Assembly: GCA_000934665.2 (NCBI GenBank)
Contig: JYFJ02003895.1
Span: 1-36,625 of the forward strand
Reading direction: 5' to 3'
DNA from: Catajapyx aquilonaris
Taxonomy: Eukaryota
DNA length: 36,625 bases
The first letter of the stretch is position 1. Each line of letters opens with the position of its first letter. The position numbers were made by a program, and so were the translations under genes. The notes under the pieces are model-generated. The model had not been told where the DNA came from. It did not search any database and worked only from the letters and a program-made list of their open reading frames with translations. Below are positions 1 through 12,070 of the stretch, piece by piece.

Positions 1-1724
1 TGACTCGGTTCTGTTATCATGCCGTGTGGGTTGCTTAGGATAGCCAGGATAAAGCTCGTTTGCGGGGTGTATGAAACTATATGTCGTATACTGTACAACT
101 GAAGGCAAAGGCCACGCAAAGAGACTGCATATCCAAATAATGAGTATTTGATATATGCTAATGCACAAGGTAGTCCTTTACATGGACTTTGGCTATGTCA
201 CTTATGTCTACATAAAGAAAAGAGTAATTAACCGAGGATTCAGTCTACCACTAATGAACTCCCATAGAACTTGCTGCAAATGTTTCTGACAGGAACCCAA
301 ACATTGAATGAATATTACTGTTATTTTCTTAGTGTGGAAAAAGCCACTCATTTGGTATAACAGCAATTTCTCAATTTTGTAACATCCTAGTGCAGCTTCT
401 CGACAGAACTGTTGTGTGCCTATAATACATGCCACTCTGAAGTCCATCACACACACACACAAGGAGTTCAAGTTATACATATGAATAATATAACCATTTG
501 AATATTTTAAGTAATTAAACATTCAACACTAGCCAAAAAGAAGAGAGGAAAGACAGGCGTGTCTCTTTGAAACCTGTCTCCTACCCAAAAAGACTGTTCC
601 GCTTTACATGACCCACCCAGTAGGACAAGCCACTGCTGATGTAGGGCCTTCCACAAATACAACCAAAATACAACGGTTCCGACAACAAATATGTTTAAAG
701 TTAATGAATGACACAAATGCAGCAGAACTTGCTGTTACATTTCTATTGTTACATTTCAACCTGACATGTTATTAATGCTCTTCTTATAAACAGCAGTACC
801 TACGACCTACAACACCAAAACCATGGCACAAATCCCATCATAAAATTTTACTTGACATGCCTGGGCATGTCCACAAATCCATGTTCAGGTCAAGGTTGGA
901 CTCCGCCACAATGAGAACAAGAGGGACTTCAGAAATGGTGTCAAGGAGGCTGTAAATGTGAGCACAACAGCGTTCCCAACTTGAGAAATGTTGACACGAC
1001 ACGTAGAAGAAAACGGAAATTGTCATAAAAGTATCTTTGATGGACGTAATAATGTGATAAGTAAGAGACACTCATTTTCTTCGGCACAATACCTGATACA
1101 AAGTGATGACAAATAGGTAAGTTACCAGTCTTTCCAGCTAGGGCACATGATGACCCTTGGCTGCCCCAGCACAATAAGTGGCTCATTGTACATCCAGCAC
1201 ATTGGCTGAACAGCTTATGCTTTATATTATCACACCCATAGAACCATTCTTCAAACAATTGTGCTTTTATCCAGTAATAATTGTATATCATGTTACATCA
1301 CTGTAAGCACTGCATAAGTGTAAACATAGCAAAGCAAGTAGGCCTAGTACTATGAGCAGCTCCAAACATTCCTACTTCCTTTACACAACACCGAGACTCA
1401 CAAGCTCAGTAATGCCAGGTCACCATATTGTAACTACCACGCAACCTTCATTCACCCTTTGCACGGGTCAACAGGCCACAACTAGAACCCAGTTAAAACT
1501 CACCGTCCGACCAACATGATTAAACGGATCTGTGTCTATCCATGACAAGCTACAGATAAATAAACCACACTGCAGAAAACCATGGCTAATTTGAGCCGAC
1601 ATCTAGAGAAAGTTGAGCATGAAGCTGCACTGTTCTATTCCTAAGAGTGGACAAGACGCCTCCCTGTAATACCAACCACAGACAATGTTCGACCTGCTTC
1701 TCACCAAGTCCTCCCCGTGTTACC

Positions 1725-2143
1725 CCAATCGCCCCGGGGCCGCCCCTAGGCCGCCCCAGTACGTGAGACCCCCTCCAAATCCACCCAGAAGAGCCGACCT
1801 TCCCTTCGCTCCAAAGTGAGGCGAGCGGAACACACAAGATGGCCGACCTGTATCGATATATTGGCAACGATATTCACGATACATCGGTCCAGTATCGATA
1901 CATCGGATGTGACGACACCATGTGACGTCACGGTGCGTAGGGTGGGAAATAGGGTAGCCAGCATCCTGCTAGTGTTGGGGAGTGGCATGTCCAGTGTTTC
2001 CAACCCTGGCAGCCTTTTTCTCCCTCTCCCTCTTATTCGGCAGGATGGAACGGAATGGGGAGGAAGTCGCTCTGGGTTCGGCCCCGGGGTCGGCCCCTNC
2101 CCGGGGTCGGCCCCTGGTGTTGGCCCAGGGGCGGTCTGATTGG
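1725..2143. promoter_or_regulatory. CpG-rich, probably bidirectional Pol II promoter
   Basis: Two perfect DREs TATCGATA (1851-1858, 1893-1900), YY1-like CAAGATGGCCG (1835-1845), CRE TGACGTCA (1923-1930), CCAAT/ATTGG at 1725-1729 and 2139-2143, and a 22-nt pyrimidine tract at 2013-2034. By eye the + strand is A/C-rich to the left and G/T-rich to the right. A minus-strand donor G|GTGAGT lies at 1504/1503. Confidence 0.6.
2074..2133 (+). repeat. GC-rich ~12-bp tandem repeat (GGGGTCGGCCCC-like, 4-5 copies)
   Basis: Directly visible; contains an ambiguous base n at 2099. A related repeat in mirror orientation lies at 1730-1759. Confidence 0.8.
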
Positions 2144-2894
2144 TTTCATTGCAATGTTCAGGTTGTCTTTGTGTAGGTACAAGTACAGGTTAAGACTTTT
2201 GATCGAGAGTTTGTCTTGGTGTGATGTACGCCATGGTCACTCGCCACTTGTTGGTAATGAGGAATTGAACTTCATTTGTGGTTCATGTCTATGATTGAAA
2301 TTACATGTGACTCGTGCACATTTCAAGCGCACTTTGCATCTCGATTGCGGTCATGCAGAAAATTTGCTGCATCGCATGTGGATTCAGGCATTGAGAGTAC
2401 GGTATGGAGTTGGTACAGGTTACATGAAGTACTGCGGTAACTGTTGTGTTGAACTAGGAAAGTTGTGTGAGGCACCGGAACAGTTTCGCTTTATGCGCAT
2501 TTGTAACTTATCCAGTACACATGCATGCCACTATTTTAATTGCATCCAGTCTTGTCTTACACTGCAGATATAGCTATGGGTGCAAACTATGTCACAATCT
2601 CTGTCACCATTGGCCAAGGCCTGTAAGGTGCTGTGTGTGTACATCAATTAATTACATCAGGGGCACCATCCTCATACTGACAAGTGATGCAAATGCATGA
2701 GTGGTTGATGGCAGGGTGAACCAACGTAAGCATAGTTGGATGCGTCTGATTCGTGCGTTATTGCCTTACAGTTTATGCAAGAGTGTTTGTTATCTTCCAA
2801 TGTGTGTGCTCGGTGAAGCACAACTGTGGCTCTGATTTCACTTCGTCCGTATTTCTTTGTTTATTTTGTTGATGTCTGGTTCAAGTGAATCATG

Positions 2895-3113
2895 GGGCCG
2901 AATTCAGAGAGGTTGCTTAACGTAAACGCGCCCGATTAAATCCTTTAGTCATCCTCGATTAGCAAATTTAACCAACCTGCTAATACAAAGACGGCGATTA
3001 GCGCTAAACGCCCCCTAATCGCACTTTCTAGCACTTTTAAATTTGCTAATCCAGGATGACTAAAGGATTTAATCGGGCGCGTTTACGTTAAGCAACCTCT
3101 CTGAATTCGGCCG
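2895..3113. mobile_element. 219-bp palindromic MITE, possibly PIF/Harbinger-like
   Basis: 76-bp inverted arms 2896-2971 and 3037-3112 with 1 mismatch; the interior also pairs partly. ATG lies on both sides (2892-2894, 3114-3116) as a candidate 3-bp TSD. The GGGCC terminus suggests Harbinger, but the superfamily is uncertain. Confidence 0.85.
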
Positions 3114-3498
3114 ATGGTGTCTACCTTGCCAATAGAGGTTTGAGTATGGTTCTTGGAAAAGTTTGTTGTCTATTAATAAGTTGTACAAGGTACTGTAACA
3201 AATATGAGTGAAAAAAGTTGTTACTGAGTGTACAATGTAATGCAAACTGGTTGTCTACTGAAGAAAAGGTGGGCAGCCATAGTTAATGTATAACATTACA
3301 AAAACAACTAATTGGGATGGAGACAATAATAATTAACTCCACAATGCTCGCCATTCAGAAATAAAAGAGTGCTTGTCAAACTATTCTGGTCCTTCTACTT
3401 GAAAATTTCCTTGATTTTGCAAGATTTTGTACCATGAAACCTCAATATCTCTTTATCAATTCTTATTTCTTTTGCGAGTATTGACTATATTCAATACT

Positions 3499-4178
3499 TT
3501 AAATAATAGTTGAGTGGGGAAGACCCGGCCAATATGGCCTTGCACCCCTGCTGGAGCAAAGCTCCTCAAAATTCTACTGGAGTTGAGGACCAAGAATGCC
3601 AAAACCCTAAAACCAAGAACCTCCCGGGCTTAAAACTAAAATGACCAAGGAAAAGACGTCTCGAGACAGAAACCCCAAAGGAAAATCCAATAAGTGGACT
3701 GTGTCCACATGAACAAGGAACCTAACCTAGAACTAAAACCTAATAAATGATCGCAAATGCCTCCATTCAGGCCTATTTATTCAGCTCCCTCAGCAGGACA
3801 TCTACAGCCAGATATAAAGCGTTGAAGCTCTCAAAGAGGACGCCAAATACACGGCGTGGGGACGGGGGCCACCCTGCTCCACAGCGCATCGACAAACTTC
3901 TAATCCTAGAACGGGCCTCCCCCAGGCCCTGTAAACGACAATGCCATAGCATATGGTCAGGATTTTGGAGTCCACCACCACACGGACAAGCTCCCTCTCC
4001 TCTACGTATCCCAAAACGTACGAGGTAAGTCAAAAAAGGACCATGGCCTGATATAAGCCGCGCCGTATGACCATGTATAAGTGTGTCCTTGCTAATTTTG
4101 ACGCTAGGAAAATACCGAAAATACTGCTTATCACAGGATTGATTCCAGCGGGCCTGCCACTTCTCCTCCGCCACTCTG
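3499..4178 (-). mobile_element. 5'-truncated R1-clade non-LTR retrotransposon (ORF2 C-terminus plus 3' UTR)
   Basis: ORF 3773-4174 has WQARW, LISGHGPFLTYLVRF and the CCHC finger CPCGGGLQNPDHMLWHC typical of R1 ORF2 ends. A perfect 19-bp TSD ATTGACTATATTCAATACT lies at 3480-3498 and 4179-4197. Confidence 0.9.
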
Positions 4179-6529
4179 ATTGACTATATTCAATACTGTC
4201 TTGAGTGGCCCCTTTCTCTTCACTCTAACTGGATATGTTAGAAAAAAATTGTCAGATGATCGGTGGCATATGGTGGTGATGGTATAATGACATTTATTAT
4301 GTACATGGTAATTGTGAACATCCACCCATGTGACGGCCCGTCCTTCTCTGCCTTTGTCTAGTTTTATGATGGTAGTCCTCGGCAGTTATAATATTCCGTT
4401 GAAGAGGTCTGAATGTACCATTCTGCAATGCCACACTGTCAGATGCAATATCAGTGCTACTAAGGAATGAAAAAAATTAGAGCATTTTTGTAGGTTCATT
4501 TATTGTATCATTTGTTGACTCCTGCATCTAGTAAGGCTCATAACCTGTGTGTGTGTGTGACCTTTTGTGTCAGTTGGATTGGACATGAGCCGAAAGTGAT
4601 GTCTTGCAATAATATGCTTGGTGCATTTATGGCTCTCTTTTTTTGTTTGAAAATTTCTGGTTTCTCCATTGACCAAGAGAGGTATGTCAGCAGTAGCTTC
4701 AGATATTGTCAAGGTCACCCGACTCAGAAGGATCTACATTGATATAGTGGCCCTACCCTAAGTGGATGCCAGACTGTTTTGGTGTATTTTTTCCAAGTCA
4801 TATTGTGAATAATTCCAATTGTCATTAGAAGTCTTGAGTTTCTGGCAATATTGTTGGTTGGTAGAAATAGTCTGCATGAAAACATGTGGTCAGAGTGCAA
4901 TCACCTTTTATATCTCGAATCCGCCTACTCCCAAGTTGTTGACATCTTTCCTACAGAGAATTTACATTTCTTCTGTAGGCAATTTATAATGAAGACATGC
5001 TTTACTCTTCCGGGCACATGACCATTGTTGAGTCAACAACATTTCTGTCCGTACATATTTTCATTCATCGGTTGTAAACTTTTGCAGATGTCTTGCTTGA
5101 CAAGCTGCCTGTCTGATGGACACTTAGTACTTCAGATCCTGTGTCAGAGTTACGGCGACCCGACCATAAAGGCCCCGCGCCAATGTATCTCATCATCCAC
5201 AATTATTCAAAAGCTAATCAAGAACAAGAATTTACATTTACTGTCCTCACAAAAGGAACTCCAATCAAACGATTAATAGAATTTACGTTAGAGAAATTAC
5301 ATTTATATTTTAAAATGAAGCTGAGCCAAATAAGATCTGAAAAGCTGATAGTTCACAACAGTTTAATTTTAATGTACATTTAATGCAAGTTTTCGGTAAA
5401 TTTATGCACTTCAGATCCTATGTGTCTGAGGTCTTTAGCTGACATTTGTATCCTGTATATTTTTCACGCATATTAAATTGTTAGCGTCCAATTTCATGTG
5501 CATGTTATTCTTTGGAAAATTGAGGAAATGACAATAACTGCTGGAGTAGGTATGCATACCTTGAGAGTTCATGGCCTTCTCATGCTTGAACGATGTAACA
5601 CCAATCTTGCTATGTTCCCATTTTAACTATGCTGCACTTCTAGCTTCTTGCTTCTTGATATTGGGTTTCATGTCGTTTTCATTGGAGCATGATCCCTCAT
5701 TTACCTAAGTCCTAAGGTGTCACATATCATATGAATCAAGCATAGTAGATAGTGACCCTTACAATGCCTACAATACCGTGACATGAAATTCCCCAGCAAG
5801 TAACTGATTTGGCATCATTTTAATATATTTCTCTGCTCATTGCAATGCATTTTTTTTTAAATTTGTAGAGTTACATTTGCTATATACTGAGTCCTCTGTA
5901 TGGTGCAGTGTGGTGTCTTGAACTGGAGGTGTATTTGAGAAGCATTCCAAAGCTGATTTTGTAAGCATTTGTAATCACCCTGTGACATGGTCACAACCTT
6001 CTGGCTGCCTGCTCACTGAGCTCTTCCTAGGGGATTGGTTCACATCATAGCACATGTACATGTGTTTGATGTAAGATAGAAGTAAATAGCCATCAGCCGT
6101 TGCTTTTTTTTGCCACACACTAGTGGCAAATTATTTTGAAATGCTACGTATATAACTTGATCCTTCATTGGCTATTGGAAACTAGCTGTGTAAGCTGAAT
6201 TTCTCAGTGCTGGTTCATCTTTGGTGGATCACCTGCATTTAATGGCAATCACATTGCATGGGAATAGATTGTAAATATTATTACCTGGTGTATTAATCAG
6301 GTGTTATCAACAATGTGCTGTGGAATACTGGTATTACCATAACATGGTCTCTGATCAAACTGATGCACATCATTTCCCTATAATTCTGCATTCCTGCTAG
6401 GTGGTTTGGTTCATGAAACTTTCTTCTTTGATGTCCAGGCTTGATGTGACATGTGATTGATTATCTGATGGCGGTGCTAAAACAGCAGGGCTAGGAAGTT
6501 CAAATGGTGTGATGCAGCAGTTACAAGAC

Positions 6530-6780
6530 ACAATGGGATAGTCAGACATGAGTGGCTGATGTGCTGCATTCCATTGCGCCTGATATTTTCAGTATTGTAC
6601 GTATATACAGCATATGCATTGTATATTGAGACTTTTCGATTCTGCAAAATGTAATGGGCAATGATGAATTGGGCGCCACCTTTTCTCACAGCTTTGTCTT
6701 AATAGTTATCTCCGTTAGTCCGATCTACATATCTTTTAACAGCCAGGAAGCCTTAGTTGCATATTTTGGAAACTGCTTCC
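6530..6780 (-). pseudogene. Degenerate BIR (IAP-like) domain remnant, copy 1
   Basis: Manual translation gives QFPKYATKASWL (compare PxYAxxAARL) and then CICC-x15-H-x6-Y-P, with stops and frameshifts. The paralog at 12957-13190 keeps HQQLNPGCP. Confidence 0.35.
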
Positions 6781-7249
6781 CATAAGTGGTCTTGTCAGGG
6801 TCGGATCATGGCTTGCTTCTTGGTTTTGTTCTGTTGGTTATAGATTATTATTTTTTTCAGTCTGCCCCGGAACATAATTGGGCTTAATTTTCGTCACAGT
6901 ACTCAGAAAGAGCTCTCCCGGAATTGGGCATTATTGTGAGGAAATGAGATGACTGATGAAATATGTCAAAGGGGGTTGCTTGCATCCAAGGAAAGAGCTG
7001 GAGTTGCCTCAGCTGATGACCCAGAGAGTTGGCAGCCACCAGGACTTTGATCTCCCTTTGAACCTCGTGTTTTGCGTTTACTTCTCTCTTCGTCCAACTT
7101 GTGGAGCTCATACTGTAAAAATATGTCGGAATCAAGCTTCTCTCAGAATGATAGCTCGTAGTTAACACTTGTATCTTGAATGGACATTATGACACCCACA
7201 GTATATTTTGAACTAATGGACATCCGTTGAGCCTTTCATGAGTTTAGGA

Positions 7250-7420
7250 TATTCGGTGGTTCTTTAGCCTGCTACCACCACATTTTTGCGACATGGTCAA
7301 CTGAATGTCTTTCTGATATTATGAAGAAACCTAGAGGTGAGCCTGTTTGGCAAAAATACTTGCCCTCTCATGCGGTTATTTAGAATGCCAGCCCACACTT
7401 TTACTGACCACTTTGGTCTA
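7250..7420 (-). mobile_element. Tc1/mariner (Tc3-like) transposase fragment
   Basis: KWSVKVWAGILNNRMRGQVFLPNRLTS, then frameshifted KMWW*QAKEPP (compare FSVNVWAGI...GPYFLP.RLT...MWFQQDGAPPH). Confidence 0.65.
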
Positions 7421-7830
7421 GAGCCGAGCTGCAACAAAAGAAAAAGTGTAACCACTTTCAAGTCACCTCAGACATTCCAAGCATACTTTTCATATTGGAT
7501 CTTTTCAAAAATAGTTTCATGTTAAGAAATGAGGCACTTGCGTCAAAATTAGGATCATATACTGCTGTCATATATCTACCTTTTTAGTAGAAGAGTTTCT
7601 GCATTTTGGTCAGCGCTGTTATTGCCTTTTGTCTTCCTCACTGTACTTTTTTCATCTGGAGGCTTTTGAACAAGAAAATCTTCAATGTGAGGCACATGCC
7701 TCATTGTAAAAGGCAAACGTGGGTATTTTATGATGTGTATAGAATTTGAGGTGATTCCTTTTCTGCCTGTCAATCGAAAATAACAGTCAGAAGAGTTGTC
7801 TTTCGGCTCTATCACGAAGCGTGTTACGTC
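7421..7830 (-). mobile_element. Chapaev3 (CMC)-like transposase remnant, internally deleted
   Basis: EPKDNSSDCYFRLTGRKGITSNSIHIIKYPRLPFTMRHVPH (ORF 7576-7881) and EKIQYEKYAWNV*GDLKVVTLFLLLQLG match two separate conserved blocks of this transposase type. Confidence 0.7.
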
Positions 7831-7889
7831 TATGGCTAGAACCACTCGTCCATTCCGTGAGACGCGTAGCGCCGGTAGCACAAGAAATG

Positions 7890-8149
7890 TGAGAGTCCCA
7901 GTACTTGGTCACCTTTACAACCAAGGCTCCTAGCCATTCGTAATATCTCCTGCCTCTTGGATCTTCATCCTGGCCACCCCTGACACTGTCATGAGGAGGG
8001 TTGTGTGGTCGTCCTTCCTGATGAATTCTCTATCCGACCTGACGGCCACCCTCAGTCCACTGTGACCCTTGGCCATTGCCCCCATAAGGGATCAGGGCAA
8101 TTTGTTGCTTAACCGATGTGGCCACTGCCTTGATGATGATGATGATGAT
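7890..8149 (+). mobile_element. Possible LINE/SINE 3' end with (TGA)6 tail
   Basis: GC-richer segment ending in TGATGATGATGATGATGAT (8131-8149). No TSD found; the left boundary is approximate. Confidence 0.35.
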
Positions 8150-9070
8150 AATACATTTTGCCCATCGTCACATTCAGAGACGAAAAAAATACATAACAAT
8201 GAATATGATGATAATAAATGCCACAATTTTTACACCACGTTGATATTTCACCAGGCATTATCGAATGGTGTGTACGACTATACCAGTTGGAGCATTCGTG
8301 GCACTTGGACGAATGTTGAGTTACCGGGTAGACTGGTACTTCCATCGATTTACTACATTATTGCCCAGCGCCAAATGTGGTAATACATACTTCCATGTTG
8401 GTACCGTCAGATGAATCTTTCGGCCTGAAGCTTTGAAATAATTAATACCATGATGTTATTAGTTCATGTTTTTCAGAGGGCTTGCAAATCCATGAAATGA
8501 TGATTAATGACCCACATTGATTCAGATTATGGCAGTGGGCGATCTATAAAAGAAACTCAGAATAGCTTCACATGGTTCCCGGTATACTTGAACAAAATCC
8601 GTGTAGGTGAGGTAAATTCGGTTTGTCATTTTCCGAGCCTGGTGCTAGATGATGTCATCCGCCTGGACATAGGATGTAATGTCCTGCGCGTATCTTCTGA
8701 TAGCCCGATTTTTATTATCTTGACGTCATGTGCGTTATTTTGAATAAACGGAATGGGAGTAGGGGGCAAAGCACTACCCTAGATACGTAGTACAGTAAGA
8801 TCGTGTTTTATTACAGAATTGGCACTATTTTCCACAGAGGACCATAGCGAAAATGTCAGTTCCCGCCCACGTTCCGTCTAATTACGAGGTTAGACATTTT
8901 TTGTACCATGTTGATCTTCGTCTTTCGTCGCGAAAAATCTTTCATATGGTTAAACTTGTTGCTCTCAAGTTCTCACATTCGGCTAATAGTTTTTCTGAGT
9001 CAAAATTTTCTAGAAAGGTGCAGGCCTTAGAAATGATTGCTTCTGTTGATTGTTTTCAGATCAACCTCCT
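8150..9070 (-). pseudogene. Decayed OTU-like protease plus PHD-like finger
   Basis: WYKKCLTS*LDGTWAGTDIFAM (~8845-8910), a GHY motif in another frame (~8670-8690), and CHEC...WCKNCGIYYHHIHC in ORF 8109-8345. The catalytic Cys block was not seen. Confidence 0.3.
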
Positions 9071-9084
9071 TTAAACTTCTTTTC

Positions 9085-9300
9085 TTGTCTTTTGCACCTT
9101 CTTGAGTGTCTTCTAAATGCCCGTATGGCCGCCAGTAACTGGGTCACCATGGTACTGTTTTAAATTGTCAGACACAATTGAAGGGCCGACGATTTTGAAC
9201 GCATATTTAGCTTAGTCCTCGTCTAGCTCCTTCCTCGGGATAATGTACTTGACAAGTACATTATTCCTTTTGGTGGTGTAGGAGTCTATATGTCCTTGAC
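9085..9300 (-). mobile_element. Gypsy pol fragment (integrase zinc-binding region)
   Basis: LKQYHGDPVTGGHTGI*KTLKKVQK at ~9090-9165; boundaries approximate. Confidence 0.7.
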
Positions 9301-9623
9301 CCACGACTGCGCCAGATTCGTGCACCCGGAAGCCATTTTTTCCAGGTACTCACGAATAGCTGGAGTCCTCGGGTCACCCATCTGGGCTTGGACAAACCGC
9401 TCGACTTCTAAAGTGGAGCTCTCCCACTATCAATTTTGCCTTGGGGTCCGAGTCCTTTTTGGCCTTTTGGCATGTCCACCACTTCAGCATACTCCGGTTC
9501 GTCTCCCAATACAACCCTAGGAGCGGAGACTTTTCAATGGTCTGGCTGCTTACTGTGCTTTCTTCATCACATAGAGGGGTAGGGTCAGGCTTTCTATTGC
9601 TTACAGCCGTGTCAGTCATGACG

Positions 9624-10360
9624 TTGTGGAATAAGTGACAGGTAAAATAAGTTAATGTTCATCAATAAATTAACTACCTTTCAGTTAATACGGATCTTTA
9701 CGTTCAGTTAGGTTCAATCTGGTGGAAGTACAAGAATTGTGATGTCCTGAGTAGCGTTACTTTTAATGCAAGGTTGCTTGTTGAGAGGTTGCTTTCATTC
9801 CAGAACATGATTCTGTGATGCATGAGTCTTGGATTCAATGTATTACCCACAGTAGCATTTTTTATACTGTAATGTCGACATGTAATATACTAGGCTATGT
9901 AGGTGCTGCTGCTGCTGCAATATAAGGATTATTATCGTCCAAGCTATATTCATATGAAGTAATAAATATGTAAATAATACATATCATACAGAGGCATTGA
10001 ATTTATTTCAGACGTATTTTTCAAAATATACTTTGTATTACGTAAGTTATAATTTCGCAGGGTTTCATTTGAATAATAAGTACCGTGTGACACCTGAACA
10101 TAAAACTTTGCAAGAGTGGTGTAAAACACCCTTAAATTCGTGTGAGTAAATGTTCGTTTACTGACACAATAGACATCACGTGTTCCTCAACATGTTTTTA
10201 TACTTTGGGACAGTTTCCTGCGTCATGTGCAGTAGGGTCTTCATCTGAGAATTTTGGCCATTCACGAACATACATGATTTTCTTGCATCGCGGACATGTT
10301 ATATTACGACATTTCCCTATTACAGACTAATAAAATTATCACCCCCTTGTATGCAATGCT
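9624..10360. repeat. Dispersed paralogous block; second copy at ~15315-16070
   Basis: Colinear match starting TTGTGGAATAAGTGACAGGTAAAAT and including AATAAGTACCGTG...AAAACTTTGCAAGAGTGGTGTAAA. Confidence 0.9.
10201..10320 (-). pseudogene. Zinc-finger remnant, loosely BIR-like
   Basis: In-frame ITCPRCKKIMYVREWPKFSDEDPTAHDAGNCPKV (C-x2-C...W...DP..H...CP); spacing differs from canonical BIR. Confidence 0.25.
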
Positions 10361-12070
10361 ATACGCCCAAAATCATGCCACTGCACTGGACAAAAATCCA
10401 GTCGAATGCTGAAACTTGGTGTTGCTAATAGTTGCATTAAACAAGCTGGATATTCCAGGCATTGACTGAATGTTATTGTTCGTATACTGCTGGGGGATAA
10501 CACCATGTACTTTATTGCTGTGTTGAGTATGTTACAAGACTGTGGTCTCTGCTGTTATTGCTTTCAGAACCACCAAGCAAGTACGGCCTGTTTAATAGAC
10601 AACCGGAGGCGCAGGCTATTGCTCTCCAGCCCTGCGGCAAAGAGACACCCTGGATGATGCAGATCTATAGGCAGCTCCAAGTGCACTACAGGGGTAAACA
10701 TCATGAGAGGATTTTTCTGTGCCGATATTTATACACCTCATTTTACTAATTTTTGACAAGGTATTGGATCTAAACGACATGGTGTGCTTAGCACGCCGTA
10801 GGTTCATCACCTGGTAGCTTTGCAACTAGTTTGCGGGATAACGACTTGCCTCTTTTTTACACTTAAAAAGGACAGGCCGCATTTTCTTAACAAGCTTGTC
10901 CTTGACGGCAATAAAACGTGCATCTGTGACATCCCAGTAAATTATGGCGCCTGAAAATATTACAGTTTTGCGGTTAGATATCTTTCGTCATGGAGATCTG
11001 CGTTTGTTTTAACAGTTCCTTGGATGTCCCATGATAGTGTTAGAAAACACATGCTATTTTGAAGCACAATAACCGGATTGCGTATTTCCGTTCTCTACTC
11101 CATTTTGGCCTCGATTAATGTCCAACACTGTACTATAACGTGTGTCTTGCCTCTTGCACAGGTTTCTTAGCTCATCCTAATAATTTTTCTATTATTCATA
11201 TGCCCAATTGTGGCTATTAAATCAGATGGCGAGCGATACCGCTGATATAGGCCCTAATGTCTGCTCACTTATTGACTAGTCAACACCTCCAGTGTACTGT
11301 TCTGTGTGCATGAACCTGCCATGAAAATAAATATCCTTCTAGACCTGAGTGTTAAATTGAAACATTTACAATATATTTTTATTACAGTTATTTTATTTCA
11401 TTTCAAATATTTGTTTAGCCAATAAACTTAAATTTATCCCTAAACCTAACCTAACCTAATTTTGTTTCCCCTTCGAAACATTGCACTAAACTCCCAAATC
11501 AGCCCGCTGCTACCCCCATCCCTGCGATACTGTACTCACTATTTTTGTAGCAAAGCCTGGCAGGGCCACAAAACGGAGAGTACTGATGCGGTCACTCCAA
11601 CGCCTCACAGACAACTCCAACACAATAGGCAGTGGAATATATGCTTTGAGTAATCAACAATAATAAGATGCCTTTTCGGAAACACTATACTTATTGAAAG
11701 ATTATCCATATTACGCAGCTATCCCTCGGCCATGAATGCTCCTCAGTGAATGTAAATTAAACACCTGATGTAGTGTACATAATCCACGATGCAAATGCTC
11801 ATCAAACAGCTGCTGGTACTATTTCCTACCTGATAAATATTGACTGGATGACTTTGTGGGTGTAAAAAGGAAGGAAAGGGGACATAACCTGGTGGCGAGG
11901 TCTGCAACAGCGAGTGAGAAATAGTCTGCAATAGAACGAACTCAAGTCATGTGTACGTTTGAAATTGGCCTGTTAATAGTGGTACTGTACTTACCCAAGC
12001 TTTGCTAATACATCTTCCATTGGCGGACTCCAGGGACATGAAAGAGACTGGCAATGGCGCACTCGTGTTG

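Noticed and set aside
1103..1209. Possible C/D snoRNA (GTGATGA, ATGATGA, CTGA)
   Set aside because: No terminal stem, no recognisable rRNA-complementary guide, and it lies on the strand opposite the inferred transcript.
208..1291. Minus-strand ORFs as a coding gene from the promoter
   Set aside because: Non-ATG starts, no domain and no coherent spliced frame found.
2684..2749. Possible intronic C/D snoRNA in a 5'TOP host gene
   Set aside because: Imperfect C box (GTGATGC) and no guide recognised; the 2013-2034 tract could equally be a splice acceptor.
11445..11459. (CCTAA)3 as a telomere or SART/TRAS target
   Set aside because: Only three units with no adjoining element; such tracts are common inside arthropod repeats.
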